Positions 18,104-26,729 of a DNA stretch of 32,000 bases are shown here, piece by piece. The DNA comes from Candidatus Nanopusillus acidilobi (GTDB lineage Archaea; Nanobdellota; Nanobdellia; Nanobdellales; Nanobdellaceae). How positions within the stretch are numbered: the first letter of the stretch is position 1; each line of letters opens with the position of its first letter. The translations under genes were made by a program, and so were the position numbers. The notes under the pieces are model-generated. The model saw only the letters and a list, made by a program, of their open reading frames with translations, ran no database searches and was not told where the DNA came from. Where the stretch lies: contig CP010514.1 of assembly GCA_001552015.1 (NCBI GenBank), positions 480,001-512,000 on the forward strand. Reading direction: 5' to 3'.

Positions 18104-18171
18104 TATTAGAATGATTTTATAAATTTTTATAAATCTTTGTAATTTTTATTTTTTTGCAATAAAAAATTATT

Positions 18172-19563
18172 ATGAGCATAACAATAAATAATCTAATTAA
18201 ATTCTATCAAAATAATAAAGAGATTCTGGAAGATATGGTAAAAATTTCACAAAATAGAGAAGTTGGATATTTATTATCAAATAATAGTTTTGGACATAGA
18301 CCATCAAAAATAGAAACAGAAGATGATATAATAAATTATATTAAAAAGGGTGCTATTTCATTTCATATATCACTTGAGAGATGGATTGATCTAAATATTT
18401 TGAGTGAAAAAGTTTCAAAAAAAGATTTAAATGAATATAGATTAGGATGGGATTTTATAATAGATATAGATACAAAATCTTTAGATCTATCAAAAGTTAC
18501 TGCAAGAATTATCTTTGATTATTTAAAAGAAAAAAATATTAATCCTATATATATAAAATATTCTGGAGGAAAAGGATTTCATATAGCAATTCCATGGGAA
18601 GTATTTCCAGAAACAATAAATATATATAAAAAGGATAATGTTATAGAAGAAGAAACAAGGAAATTATTTCCGGATCTTGCAAGAATATTAGCATTATATA
18701 TATCAAAGGAAATAGAAGAGAAGTTAAAGAAAATAATATTATTGAAATTTAGTGAAGATGAATTAAAAGAATATGGGGTAAACGATATAGAAAAATTTAA
18801 TCCATATGATATAATTGAAATAGATACAATATTAATATCATCAAGACATTTAATTAGATGTTTATATTCAATAAATGAAAAAACAGGAAATTTATCTATA
18901 CCAATAAAAGAAAACTATATAGAAAAATTAAATCCTGAAGATTCCAATATAAATAATTATTCATATGAAGGTATACCATATTTAACTGAAGATTTAGAAA
19001 GAAAAGAATCAAAGGAATTAAAAAAATTAATTAATGATTCTTTATTATGGAAAATAAAAAATGAATTTGAAGTAAGAAAAATTAGTCAATTAGCAGAAAA
19101 TTACAAAAATCAGGAAGGGATTGAGGAAGCAAAAAAAGATGTAGAAGAAATAAAGAAAAGAAAAATAGAAATAACTGAAGATTTATTTCCCCCATGTATA
19201 AAAAATATATTAAATAATAAAGAAATGGATGATGGAAGAAAAAGATCTTTATTTATATTAATAAATTTCTTTGCAAATATCGGATGGGATTGGGATAAAA
19301 TTGAAAGATATATAAAAGAATGGAATGAAAGTTTACAGGATCCATTAAGAGATAGATATGTAGAATATCAATTAGAATGGCATAAGAAATTATATAAAAA
19401 TAATAAAAAATATTTAACTCCAAATTGCAATAATGAAATATATTATAAAGATATTGGAGTATGCACACCAGATAATATTTGTTCATTAATTAAAAATCCT
19501 TTGTCATATCCAATTAAAAAAATTAAAAATATAAAATCTTCTCAGGATTCTCAAAATAATTAA
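18172..19563 (+). CDS. Single-polypeptide archaeal DNA primase: PriS catalytic domain plus PriL-like C-terminal Fe-S domain
   Basis: PriS motifs GHRP, WDFIIDIDTK, YSGGKGFHIAIPW, SSRHLIRCLYSINEKTG. C-terminal FPPCIKNIL...GRKRSLFILINFFANIGW...YQLEWHKK...TPNC...GVC...NICSLIKNPLSYP has four candidate Fe-S cysteines. Confidence 0.85.
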   Translation: MSITINNLIKFYQNNKEILEDMVKISQNREVGYLLSNNSFGHRPSKIETEDDIINYIKKGAISFHISLERWIDLNILSEKVSKKDLNEYRLGWDFIIDIDTKSLDLSKVTARIIFDYLKEKNINPIYIKYSGGKGFHIAIPWEVFPETINIYKKDNVIEEETRKLFPDLARILALYISKEIEEKLKKIILLKFSEDELKEYGVNDIEKFNPYDIIEIDTILISSRHLIRCLYSINEKTGNLSIPIKENYIEKLNPEDSNINNYSYEGIPYLTEDLERKESKELKKLINDSLLWKIKNEFEVRKISQLAENYKNQEGIEEAKKDVEEIKKRKIEITEDLFPPCIKNILNNKEMDDGRKRSLFILINFFANIGWDWDKIERYIKEWNESLQDPLRDRYVEYQLEWHKKLYKNNKKYLTPNCNNEIYYKDIGVCTPDNICSLIKNPLSYPIKKIKNIKSSQDSQNN

Positions 19564-19909
19564 TATAGAATTTTATTTCATCAATATGTTTTCTTAAATC
19601 TTCAACTTCTCTTACTCTAAAATATTTAAAGAATTTTCTTCTTTCAACATCATTTATAATCATTCCATCAGATTCTAACAAATTTCTTACATATTTGTAT
19701 AATATTCTTCCTTTATTATCATTATCTGTTAATATAATTGCCTCTCTATAATTTAAAAATACTCCATCATCCCTTCTTAATTCATATAGCGTATATACAT
19801 TATTAAATCCGAATTCTTTTAATACTTCCTTATCTTTTTTACCTTCCACAATTATAATAGAATCCTTTTTCTCCCTTAACCTATGCAAAAAAGATATTGC
19901 CTTATACAT
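19523..19909 (-). CDS. Small Toprim-domain protein (RNase M5/COG1658-like)
   Basis: SIIIVEGKKDKEVLKEFGF...EAIILTDNDNKGRILYKYV; convergent with, and overlapping, the primase 3' end by 41 nt. Confidence 0.75.
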   Translation of the reverse strand: MYKAISFLHRLREKKDSIIIVEGKKDKEVLKEFGFNNVYTLYELRRDDGVFLNYREAIILTDNDNKGRILYKYVRNLLESDGMIINDVERRKFFKYFRVREVEDLRKHIDEIKFYINYFENPEKILYF

Positions 19910-19953
19910 TATAAAAAGTTTAACTTTTAATTATTAAAGTTTTTTTATTTATT

Positions 19954-20439
19954 ATGCCACCAAAGGAAAGGGTTGTTGATGGTAAGACATTCTCATATAC
20001 TGGATTAATTGACTTTCAAAAATTCTATAAATCAATGAAAGAATATTGGGATAATAAAGGATTTGACTTTTTTGAAAATAAACATGAAGAGAAAGTAAAA
20101 GATGATGGATCTAGATCTATAAATTTAGAATGGCATATAGAAAAGAAAATAACGGATTACGTAACATATAGTTATGATATATATATTACAATAGATACAT
20201 TAAAATTATTAGATAATATGAAACAGTATGCAGAAAATCTAAATATAAAAATAAATGGGGATTTAATAACAGATTATCAAAAATATTTTGGAGACAAGCC
20301 ATTTACTATATTTCTTAGAGGATTATTTGAAAAATATTTATATGATAGTGAATTAAAGGATCATAAGAAAAGTATTGGAAAAATTGCAGATGATTTTCTA
20401 AATTTAGCAAAGGACTTTACAGCATCATTTAAACTATGA
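19954..20439 (+). CDS. Conserved-looking hypothetical protein (paralog A)
   Basis: 161 aa soluble alpha/beta-like protein; ATGA-coupled to the next gene, with an apparently shared pattern. Confidence 0.6.
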   Translation: MPPKERVVDGKTFSYTGLIDFQKFYKSMKEYWDNKGFDFFENKHEEKVKDDGSRSINLEWHIEKKITDYVTYSYDIYITIDTLKLLDNMKQYAENLNIKINGDLITDYQKYFGDKPFTIFLRGLFEKYLYDSELKDHKKSIGKIADDFLNLAKDFTASFKL

Positions 20440-20978
20440 CTTGGGAAACGGTATATAAAACAAGGGTAAGGTCAAAAATAAAATTTGTTCCACAGGATTT
20501 TTATGAAAAATTCAAAAAATTCCTTGAAAATAATAAATGGGAAGGGATATTTAAAAAAGATAGATATGAAAAATATTATTTTCATAGATTAACTCCTGAA
20601 GGATTATTGTTTGTAGAAGCTAAATGGGAAGCTTATAAAAATTATTGGAAAGAAGAACCAAAAATTGATTGGAAAGTTGAATTAACAATAATTATTAACG
20701 CTTATAATATAAATACATCTATTGGTGATTTAGATATAAGTATAGAAGGTTCTCATAATGTAGAAGAATTTAACAATTTTGATATAAGTAAGGCTAGTAG
20801 AACTGAAAAAATTTTATTAAGGTTAGGATTTTCAAAAGTATTGAGTCTAATGAAATCTAATCTAGAAAAAGTTAGAGGAAAAAAGAAATTAATAGAGATG
20901 TCTGGAAGAGATTTATATAATGATTCTGAAAAGATAAAAAATTTTGTACTAGATTACTTCAAATTATATAAATATTAG
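20436..20978 (+). CDS. Conserved-looking hypothetical protein (paralog B)
   Basis: 180 aa; shares an FYxxxKxxxxN/D...(E/K)W...(Y/W)xxx(I/L)x(I/V) pattern with the upstream gene. Confidence 0.6.
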   Translation: MTWETVYKTRVRSKIKFVPQDFYEKFKKFLENNKWEGIFKKDRYEKYYFHRLTPEGLLFVEAKWEAYKNYWKEEPKIDWKVELTIIINAYNINTSIGDLDISIEGSHNVEEFNNFDISKASRTEKILLRLGFSKVLSLMKSNLEKVRGKKKLIEMSGRDLYNDSEKIKNFVLDYFKLYKY

Positions 20979-21352
20979 ATATTAAAAATTTCTATATTTA
21001 ATTCCTTTGCCTTATTTATTATTTGTTCTCTTTTTCTTTTTCCAACATTAGAAGCAATTATTGCACATTCTTTTTCCTTATCTATTTTTTCTAATTCTTC
21101 TAAATTATGTACCAATACAGGCCTCTTACCATTTGGCAATAATCCCTTTACTTCTCTTGGAGAACCATATCCAACTTCTACCATAGAAACTCTACTTTTT
21201 AATTTCCTTCTTATCTTATTATGTATACCCCTTGGTCTTCTCCATGATTCTTTCCTATTTCTCAATTTTATTACTTTCCACCATTGAAACCTAAGATAAT
21301 CTGGTTTTTTCCTCTTAATTATTTTCCTTAGTTTTAATAATTTATTCATCAT
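20975..21352 (-). CDS. rpl32e: 50S ribosomal protein L32e
   Basis: DYLRFQWWKVIKLRNRKESWRRPRGIHNKIRRKLKSRVSMVEVGYGSPREVKGL. Confidence 0.95.
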   Translation of the reverse strand: MMNKLLKLRKIIKRKKPDYLRFQWWKVIKLRNRKESWRRPRGIHNKIRRKLKSRVSMVEVGYGSPREVKGLLPNGKRPVLVHNLEELEKIDKEKECAIIASNVGKRKREQIINKAKELNIEIFNI

Positions 21353-21882
21353 GGTTTTTGGATAATATAAATTCCGTCCTGGAACTTTCTTAAATCCTTT
21401 TCTCTTGGTTTTACTGAATTTTCTATTAATCCTGCAAGATTTCCTAATAATTCTATATCATGTCCCTCCAATGTGATTTCATTTTCATTTAATGTTGCTT
21501 TTACTCCTTGAGGTATTTCTATTTCTTTTATATCCCTTCCACCCATATAATTTTCAATTATTAATTTATTATTTTGCAATTTTAATTTCAATGGGAAGTG
21601 TATTGAAACACCCCTTAATTTATATACAAATCCTTTTGTTACGCCTTCAATATCATTTTTTATATGCGCAACCATTGTATTCATATCTCTAATTATTTTC
21701 TTTGAAGGAAAATATACCTTGAATATTATTTTATTTTCTTTTATTTCAACTATAATATTTCTGTTATTTATATTTCTATATTTTTCCCCCTTAGGTCCCT
21801 TTATATGTATTTTTCCATCTTCTATTGATACACTTACACTATTTGGTATTTCTACATAATCTATCATAATTGGAAGTCTCAT
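21349..21882 (-). CDS. rpl6: 50S ribosomal protein L6 (uL6)
   Basis: IPNSVSVSIEDGKIHIKGPKGEKYR...MNTMVAHIKNDIEGVTKGFVYKLRGVSIHFP. Confidence 0.94.
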   Translation of the reverse strand: MRLPIMIDYVEIPNSVSVSIEDGKIHIKGPKGEKYRNINNRNIIVEIKENKIIFKVYFPSKKIIRDMNTMVAHIKNDIEGVTKGFVYKLRGVSIHFPLKLKLQNNKLIIENYMGGRDIKEIEIPQGVKATLNENEITLEGHDIELLGNLAGLIENSVKPREKDLRKFQDGIYIIQKP

Positions 21883-21913
21883 CTTATCTTTATATTATAA
21901 AAAATATTAAAAA

Positions 21914-22444
21914 TTATTCTTTTACAATATTTGCACCAAAATTGTTTTTTAAATATTCTATAACCTCTTCTTTTGTAGTTCTATGTCTTTCAGGTATTCT
22001 TGACCTCTTAATTCTCCTATACATTACTCTATATCCAGGTCTCCTAACAGTTACTATAACATCCATACCATATATACCAATTGATGGATCATATTTCATA
22101 CCAGGTATCCATACATATTCTTTTATTCCGAATCCAAAGTTTCCATATTTATCAAATTGAGATTCCTTCAATGTATTATTTACTGCTTTTAATAACCATT
22201 TTAATGTTTCTTCAGCCTTTTTACCCCTTATTGTCAATTTAACTCCAATTTCCAATCCTGGTCTAATTCCCCAGGCTTGTACCCTTTTCTTTGCTTTCGT
22301 TCTAACAGGTTTAAGATCCGGAAACATCTTTTTTAATAGTTTTTCTGCCTTCTCTAAAGGTTCACCAGGTTTACCTACTCCAATATTTATTGTTACTTTA
22401 TCAATAACAATTCTTCTCATTATATTATTTTTATTTGAGTTCAT
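21914..22444 (-). CDS. rpl5: 50S ribosomal protein L5 (uL5)
   Basis: IDKVTINIGVGKPGEPLEKAEKLLKKM...VQAWGIRPGLEIGVKLTIRG...YDPSIGIYGMDVIVTVRRPGYR. Confidence 0.95.
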   Translation of the reverse strand: MNSNKNNIMRRIVIDKVTINIGVGKPGEPLEKAEKLLKKMFPDLKPVRTKAKKRVQAWGIRPGLEIGVKLTIRGKKAEETLKWLLKAVNNTLKESQFDKYGNFGFGIKEYVWIPGMKYDPSIGIYGMDVIVTVRRPGYRVMYRRIKRSRIPERHRTTKEEVIEYLKNNFGANIVKE

Positions 22445-23172
22445 CTTACAGTAATTAAAGGTTTTTCTTCGCCTATTACAATCGAATAATCAAATATTGT
22501 TTCCTCCTTTTTATTATTATCTATATTTATATATTCTATAAATCTTGTATGTCCAAAGGGTTTTTTGAGTATTTTTATATTCTCTAATTTTCCAATTGTA
22601 CTTACTTTTGCCCCATAGAATATGTATATTAAACTTCCCTTATTCATTTTTATTATCTTTTCTATTTTATTTTCTTTTGTATTAAATAAAATACTATCTC
22701 CTGTTTTTATATCTTTATCATCAATTATAAAATTCCTCCCATCAATTCCAGTAACCTGTATTTTTCCTCCCTTAACAAGATTCTTCCTCACAATTTTTAT
22801 TATTTTCAAATCTTTTTCCTGTTCTGGAATTTCAATTAATCTTAATTTTAAATTATCAGACATAACAACCCTATAATTTTTATTTAAATCCTTAATTGAT
22901 ATAACATCAAACAATCCAACATTATATCCCAGATCTTTTATTTTTTTATTATTAACCAAAACTTTTTCATTTCTTAGCAAATATTTTGCTTCTCTCTTAT
23001 TTTTTACAATTTTTAAATAATCTCTTAACCATAATAATATTGGCATACCATATTCAAACTTATATCCATTTGTTGCTGGCCTAATAATCCAATAATATTT
23101 CTTTCTACTTATTGGCCATGTTTTTGGTATTGTAATATTTCTTAAATGCCTTTTATTGGAAACATGAGCCAT
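22441..23172 (-). CDS. rps4e: 30S ribosomal protein S4e
   Basis: HLRNITIPKTWPISRKKYYWIIRPATNGYKFEYGMPILLWLRDYLKI...GHTRFIEYINI. Confidence 0.94.
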   Translation of the reverse strand: MAHVSNKRHLRNITIPKTWPISRKKYYWIIRPATNGYKFEYGMPILLWLRDYLKIVKNKREAKYLLRNEKVLVNNKKIKDLGYNVGLFDVISIKDLNKNYRVVMSDNLKLRLIEIPEQEKDLKIIKIVRKNLVKGGKIQVTGIDGRNFIIDDKDIKTGDSILFNTKENKIEKIIKMNKGSLIYIFYGAKVSTIGKLENIKILKKPFGHTRFIEYINIDNNKKEETIFDYSIVIGEEKPLITVR

Positions 23173-23209
23173 TTTATTATTTTTTAATAACTATTTTTAA
23201 AATATTTTC

Positions 23210-23734
23210 CTATTTAAATTTTTTGTTCAATTCCATTACTTTTGCCAATTCATCTTCCTTTATTGAGAAATTATTTAATAATTGATTTATTAATTCTTCT
23301 ATTTTACTTTCTTCAATATTTTTTGCCTTCATTTTTCTTTTTATAATTTCTATTCTATTTTTATCCTTTAAATTCAATCTTAATATTAATAATTTTGAAC
23401 TATGAAGAGGTCTATACACTTCTTTATTTGCCTTATTTGTAAATTTAACATTATCTACATATACCTTATATTTTTTTCTATCTATATATATTACAAATCC
23501 TTCAGTATTTCTATATTTACCTCTTAAAACTTTAACATAATCTCCAACCCTTAAGGGTAAAGAATTTATATTGATTAATTTTTTTATATCCTTTGATAAC
23601 ATTGAAGAAATTATCTTACCCCTAATATGCAAGGGAGCATTTATTATATATTTTCTCTGTTTTCTAGAACTTTTAGAAGATTTCCAAGATGAACTCCAAT
23701 CTTTATAATCAATATTTTTTATCTTTAGAACCAT
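23210..23734 (-). CDS. rpl24: 50S ribosomal protein L24 (uL24), with an extended C-terminus
   Basis: SSKSSRKQRKYIINAPLHIRGKIISSMLSKD...LPLRVGDYVKVLRGKYRNTEGFVIYIDRKKYKVYVD. Confidence 0.92.
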   Translation of the reverse strand: MVLKIKNIDYKDWSSSWKSSKSSRKQRKYIINAPLHIRGKIISSMLSKDIKKLININSLPLRVGDYVKVLRGKYRNTEGFVIYIDRKKYKVYVDNVKFTNKANKEVYRPLHSSKLLILRLNLKDKNRIEIIKRKMKAKNIEESKIEELINQLLNNFSIKEDELAKVMELNKKFK

Positions 23735-23735
23735 C

Positions 23736-24140
23736 TTATATAACTATACTTGCAATTTTTCCAATTTCTGGCCATCTTTCAACAACCTCTCTTGCTACAG
23801 GTCCTCTAATAACTGTACCTGCTGGTGTTCCAGTTTTTTCATCTTTTATAATTATACATGCATTATCCTCAAACTTTATCCTTGTACCATCCTTCCTTCT
23901 ATATTCTTTTCTCTGTCTAATTATAACTGCTTTCATAACCTTTCCAACTAATGATAAATCTCCATCTATTATTGATACAGAAACCATATCAGCAACTCCA
24001 GCTCTAGCATATCTTCTCTTTATACCCTTATATCCAATTACAGAAACTACTTTTGCTAGTTTTGCCTTTGAATTATCTGCAACCTTTAAAATTGTACCAA
24101 CAGTAATTCCCTTGGTTACTCTAGCACTAATTGGCTTCAT
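23736..24140 (-). CDS. rpl14: 50S ribosomal protein L14 (uL14)
   Basis: ISARVTKGITVGTILKVADNSKAKLAKVVSVIGYKG...GPVAREVVERWPEIGKIASIVI. Confidence 0.96.
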   Translation of the reverse strand: MKPISARVTKGITVGTILKVADNSKAKLAKVVSVIGYKGIKRRYARAGVADMVSVSIIDGDLSLVGKVMKAVIIRQRKEYRRKDGTRIKFEDNACIIIKDEKTGTPAGTVIRGPVAREVVERWPEIGKIASIVI

Positions 24141-24472
24141 TTTTTACTAATTACAACAAAGTGAATTGTCTTTGATATTGGCCTTGTTTCTCCAATAATA
24201 ACTTCATCCCCTTCCTTTATATCTAAACATTTTGGAATATGAGCCTTAATTTTTGATCTTCTTATCATATATCTTTCATATTTTGGAATATAATAGTATC
24301 TATAAAAGGTTACTAAAGCAATTCTTCTTCTAACTCTCTCAACTTTTCCTTCAAATAAGAATCCTCTAATTCTTATTTCCCCATGCCATGGACACTTTTT
24401 ATCATCACAAACTTTTTCAGGTGGATTTATACCTTCAATTCCTATATTCTTAACATGAGTCTTCTGTACCAT
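24137..24472 (-). CDS. rps17: 30S ribosomal protein S17 (uS17)
   Basis: KNIGIEGINPPEKVCDDKKCPWHGEIRIRGFLFEGKVERVRRRIALVTFYRYYYIPKYERYMIRRSKIKAHIPKCL. Confidence 0.95.
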   Translation of the reverse strand: MVQKTHVKNIGIEGINPPEKVCDDKKCPWHGEIRIRGFLFEGKVERVRRRIALVTFYRYYYIPKYERYMIRRSKIKAHIPKCLDIKEGDEVIIGETRPISKTIHFVVISKK

Positions 24473-24515
24473 TTTATGATTAAATTATAAATAGATTTAA
24501 AAATAATATTTCTAG

Positions 24516-24572
24516 AGAAATGATGATGGATCAACGATCTGAATGGTGATGATTGATGGGCAAACTGAAAAT
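24516..24572 (+). ncRNA. C/D-box sRNA (probable 2'-O-methylation guide)
   Basis: ATGATGA (C, 24520-24526) - TGGATCAACGAT - CTGA (D', 24539-24542) - ATG - GTGATGA (C', 24546-24552) - TTGATGGGCAAA - CTGA (D, 24565-24568). All four boxes are canonical, with two 12-nt guides. Confidence 0.85.
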
Positions 24573-24706
24573 TTATAAAGTTTTTAATAATAGTTTTAAA
24601 CCTTCCTTAATATAATCTTCATTTATTTTATCAATAGTATTTGAATTTGAATAACTTAAGTCAATAAAAATTCAATATTCATTTAAAAATCTTTATAAAT
24701 TTAGTC

Positions 24707-24816
24707 GGGCGGCTTCCGTGCTTTCCCAGCTACCGCCAGTACTCACACGGACGTGGGCCGGCTTAACTTCCGTGTTCGAAATGGGTACGGGTGTTTCCCG
24801 GCCACTTTGGCCGCCC
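24707..24816 (-). rRNA. rrf: 5S ribosomal RNA
   Basis: Minus strand GGGCGGCC...CCCGTACCCATTTCGAACACGGAAGTTAAGCCGGC...GTGAGTACTGG...GGGAAAGCACGG..GCCGCCC; terminal helix GGGCGGC/GCCGCCC closes. Confidence 0.95.
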
Positions 24817-24843
24817 TAAGATTATTTTTAAAATAAATATTTT

Positions 24844-25161
24844 TTAAATCTTTCTTATTATAAACCTTTTTACCCTATTACAATATAAACATTTATATAT
24901 AATTCTACCTTTTCTTACCCTTATCTGCAATGTTTTTCCAACAACCCAAGGAGTATAACATTTTTTACAAAATTTATTCCTCAATTCCTTTGGTAATTTT
25001 ATTCTTGCTTTATTTTTTATCTTCCATAGTATAAATATATATCTTCTAGCTAACTCAATATTATCTATATTTTCTAAAGCTAATTTATATAATTCAAAAA
25101 TTCTTCTTTTTGCTATATTTTTATAGATTGTATTGTATTTCCTTTTCTTCATTCTTATCAA
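24844..25161 (-). CDS. rnp4: Ribonuclease P protein component Rpp21/Rpr2 family (Rnp4)
   Basis: IAKRRIFELYKLALENIDNIELARRYIFILWKIKNKARIKLPKELRNKFCKKCYTPWV...TLQIRVRKGRIIYKCLYCNRVKRF. Confidence 0.85.
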   Translation of the reverse strand: MIRMKKRKYNTIYKNIAKRRIFELYKLALENIDNIELARRYIFILWKIKNKARIKLPKELRNKFCKKCYTPWVVGKTLQIRVRKGRIIYKCLYCNRVKRFIIRKI

Positions 25162-25471
25162 GGTTCTTTACATAAAATACAATATTGTCTCCTAAATGAT
25201 GATTTACCTTTGGTATAAGAACCTCAATAGTTTCTTTCCTATATTTATCTATAGATATTACTACTGGAGAAGTTAAATTATAACGAATTCTAAATTTTAA
25301 TGCCTCATATTGATCTTTTATATTTATATATTTAGTTCCTACTTCAAATTTTCTAACATAAGGAGAATGATTTTTAATTGTAATTAAAACTTTCTTTTCA
25401 TAAATTATATTATTTACATCAAAAGATGTTTTTATTTCTACATTCCATACATCCATTAATTCTTCACTCAT
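25121..25471 (-). CDS. Hypothetical protein, predicted beta-rich
   Basis: 116 aa; overlaps rnp4 by 41 nt and pth2 by 4 nt on the same strand, consistent with an operon. Confidence 0.55.
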   Translation of the reverse strand: MSEELMDVWNVEIKTSFDVNNIIYEKKVLITIKNHSPYVRKFEVGTKYINIKDQYEALKFRIRYNLTSPVVISIDKYRKETIEVLIPKVNHHLGDNIVFYVKNLDKNEEKEIQYNL

Positions 25472-25821
25472 AATAATTTTAATGAACCAGTTACTTTATT
25501 AATCTTTTCTTCTATATCTGGGCCTATACCTATACAAGTAATAGTTCCAGGCTCTAATTGAGTTAATCCTGCATCTTTTATTAAAACAGTATTTAAATCT
25601 AAAGATATAGATTGATTATATATATTCATTAATTCATCTAAATTCCTTACATATACAACAATTTTCTTTGCACCTTCCTCCCTCCATTTTTCTACTATAT
25701 CTTTATCCTTTTCTAATTGATTTAAAACAGCTTCAACAGCAGCATGAGCTACCTGGGTACATAATTTCCCTTTTCCAATGTCCAAATCTTTTCTAACTAC
25801 AATTACTAATTTATATACCAT
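25468..25821 (-). CDS. pth2: Peptidyl-tRNA hydrolase, archaeal/Pth2 type
   Basis: KLVIVVRKDLDIGKGKLCTQVAHAAVEAV...VLIKDAGLTQLEPGTITCIGIGPDIEEKINKVTGSLKLL. Confidence 0.96.
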   Translation of the reverse strand: MVYKLVIVVRKDLDIGKGKLCTQVAHAAVEAVLNQLEKDKDIVEKWREEGAKKIVVYVRNLDELMNIYNQSISLDLNTVLIKDAGLTQLEPGTITCIGIGPDIEEKINKVTGSLKLL

Positions 25822-26173
25822 CTAATTCCTTTAATTTTTCCAATAATAATTTGTATCTATAATTATCTATCTTTTCATTTATATATTCTTCATTTAATTT
25901 CTTATTTATTTCATTTAGCTTTTTATTTATCTCATCTAATAAATTATATATGTTTTTTATATCATTTGAAATATTATTATATTTATCTTCTAACAAATTC
26001 AATCTATCTTCAATTCTTTTATTTTCTGCCTTGTTATTTTCAATTTCGGATTTTAATTTATCTATATCTTCTTTTATACTATCTAAATATTTTTTAAAAC
26101 CAAGTAGAACTTCATTATATTTTTCAAGTCCCAGTAAATTGTTAATTATTTTATCATAATCTGTATCACCCAT
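25811..26173 (-). CDS. Small coiled-coil protein
   Basis: 120 aa, heptad-like Leu/Ile/Lys/Glu repeats (DIKNIYNLLDEINKKLNEINKKLNEEYI); overlaps pth2. Confidence 0.55.
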   Translation of the reverse strand: MGDTDYDKIINNLLGLEKYNEVLLGFKKYLDSIKEDIDKLKSEIENNKAENKRIEDRLNLLEDKYNNISNDIKNIYNLLDEINKKLNEINKKLNEEYINEKIDNYRYKLLLEKLKELDGI

Positions 26174-26195
26174 ATAGTTTAATATTTTTTAGATA

Positions 26196-26729
26196 TTGAT
26201 AAAAATTATGATAATTAGACTTCATCAAGCATTATCATCATTTATAACATATCTTATATTTTTCTATATATTTGATTTTGATAAAATATCTTCAATAATT
26301 ATATCAATAATAGTTGGGCTTATTTGCGTACTACCAGATTATGATTATAAAATTTATAACTGGGCAAATAAACAATATGAGATTATTAAAAAATCAAAAA
26401 TTTTAAAATATCTATTATATCCATATTATTTATTTATTTTATTTTTACTGAAATTATTTAAACATAGAGGCTTTACTCATTCTATATTCCCAATAATAAT
26501 ATTTTTTCTTTTAGGATTTTTTATAATGAAAATATTTTATTTATTTTCTTTAGCATTTTTATTACATATTATTGAGGATTCATTAACAGTATCTGGAATT
26601 ACTCCATTATATCCATTATCAAACTATAAATTTGTTATACCAATTTTAAATAATAGAAAAAATAGAAAATTACAAGAGTATCTATCCTATATAACTTATA
26701 TTATATTTTTTGCAATAATTCTCTTATGA
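26196..26729 (+). CDS. Membrane-bound metal-dependent hydrolase, YdjM/DUF457-like
   Basis: Multiple TM segments with HQALSS near the N-terminus, CVLPDYDYK, KHRGFTHSI, and LLHIIEDSLTVSGITPLYP. Confidence 0.75.
   Translation: MIKIMIIRLHQALSSFITYLIFFYIFDFDKISSIIISIIVGLICVLPDYDYKIYNWANKQYEIIKKSKILKYLLYPYYLFILFLLKLFKHRGFTHSIFPIIIFFLLGFFIMKIFYLFSLAFLLHIIEDSLTVSGITPLYPLSNYKFVIPILNNRKNRKLQEYLSYITYIIFFAIILL

Noticed and set aside
23689-24150. 153-aa plus-strand ORF across L14/L24
   Set aside because: Antisense to two conserved ribosomal protein genes.
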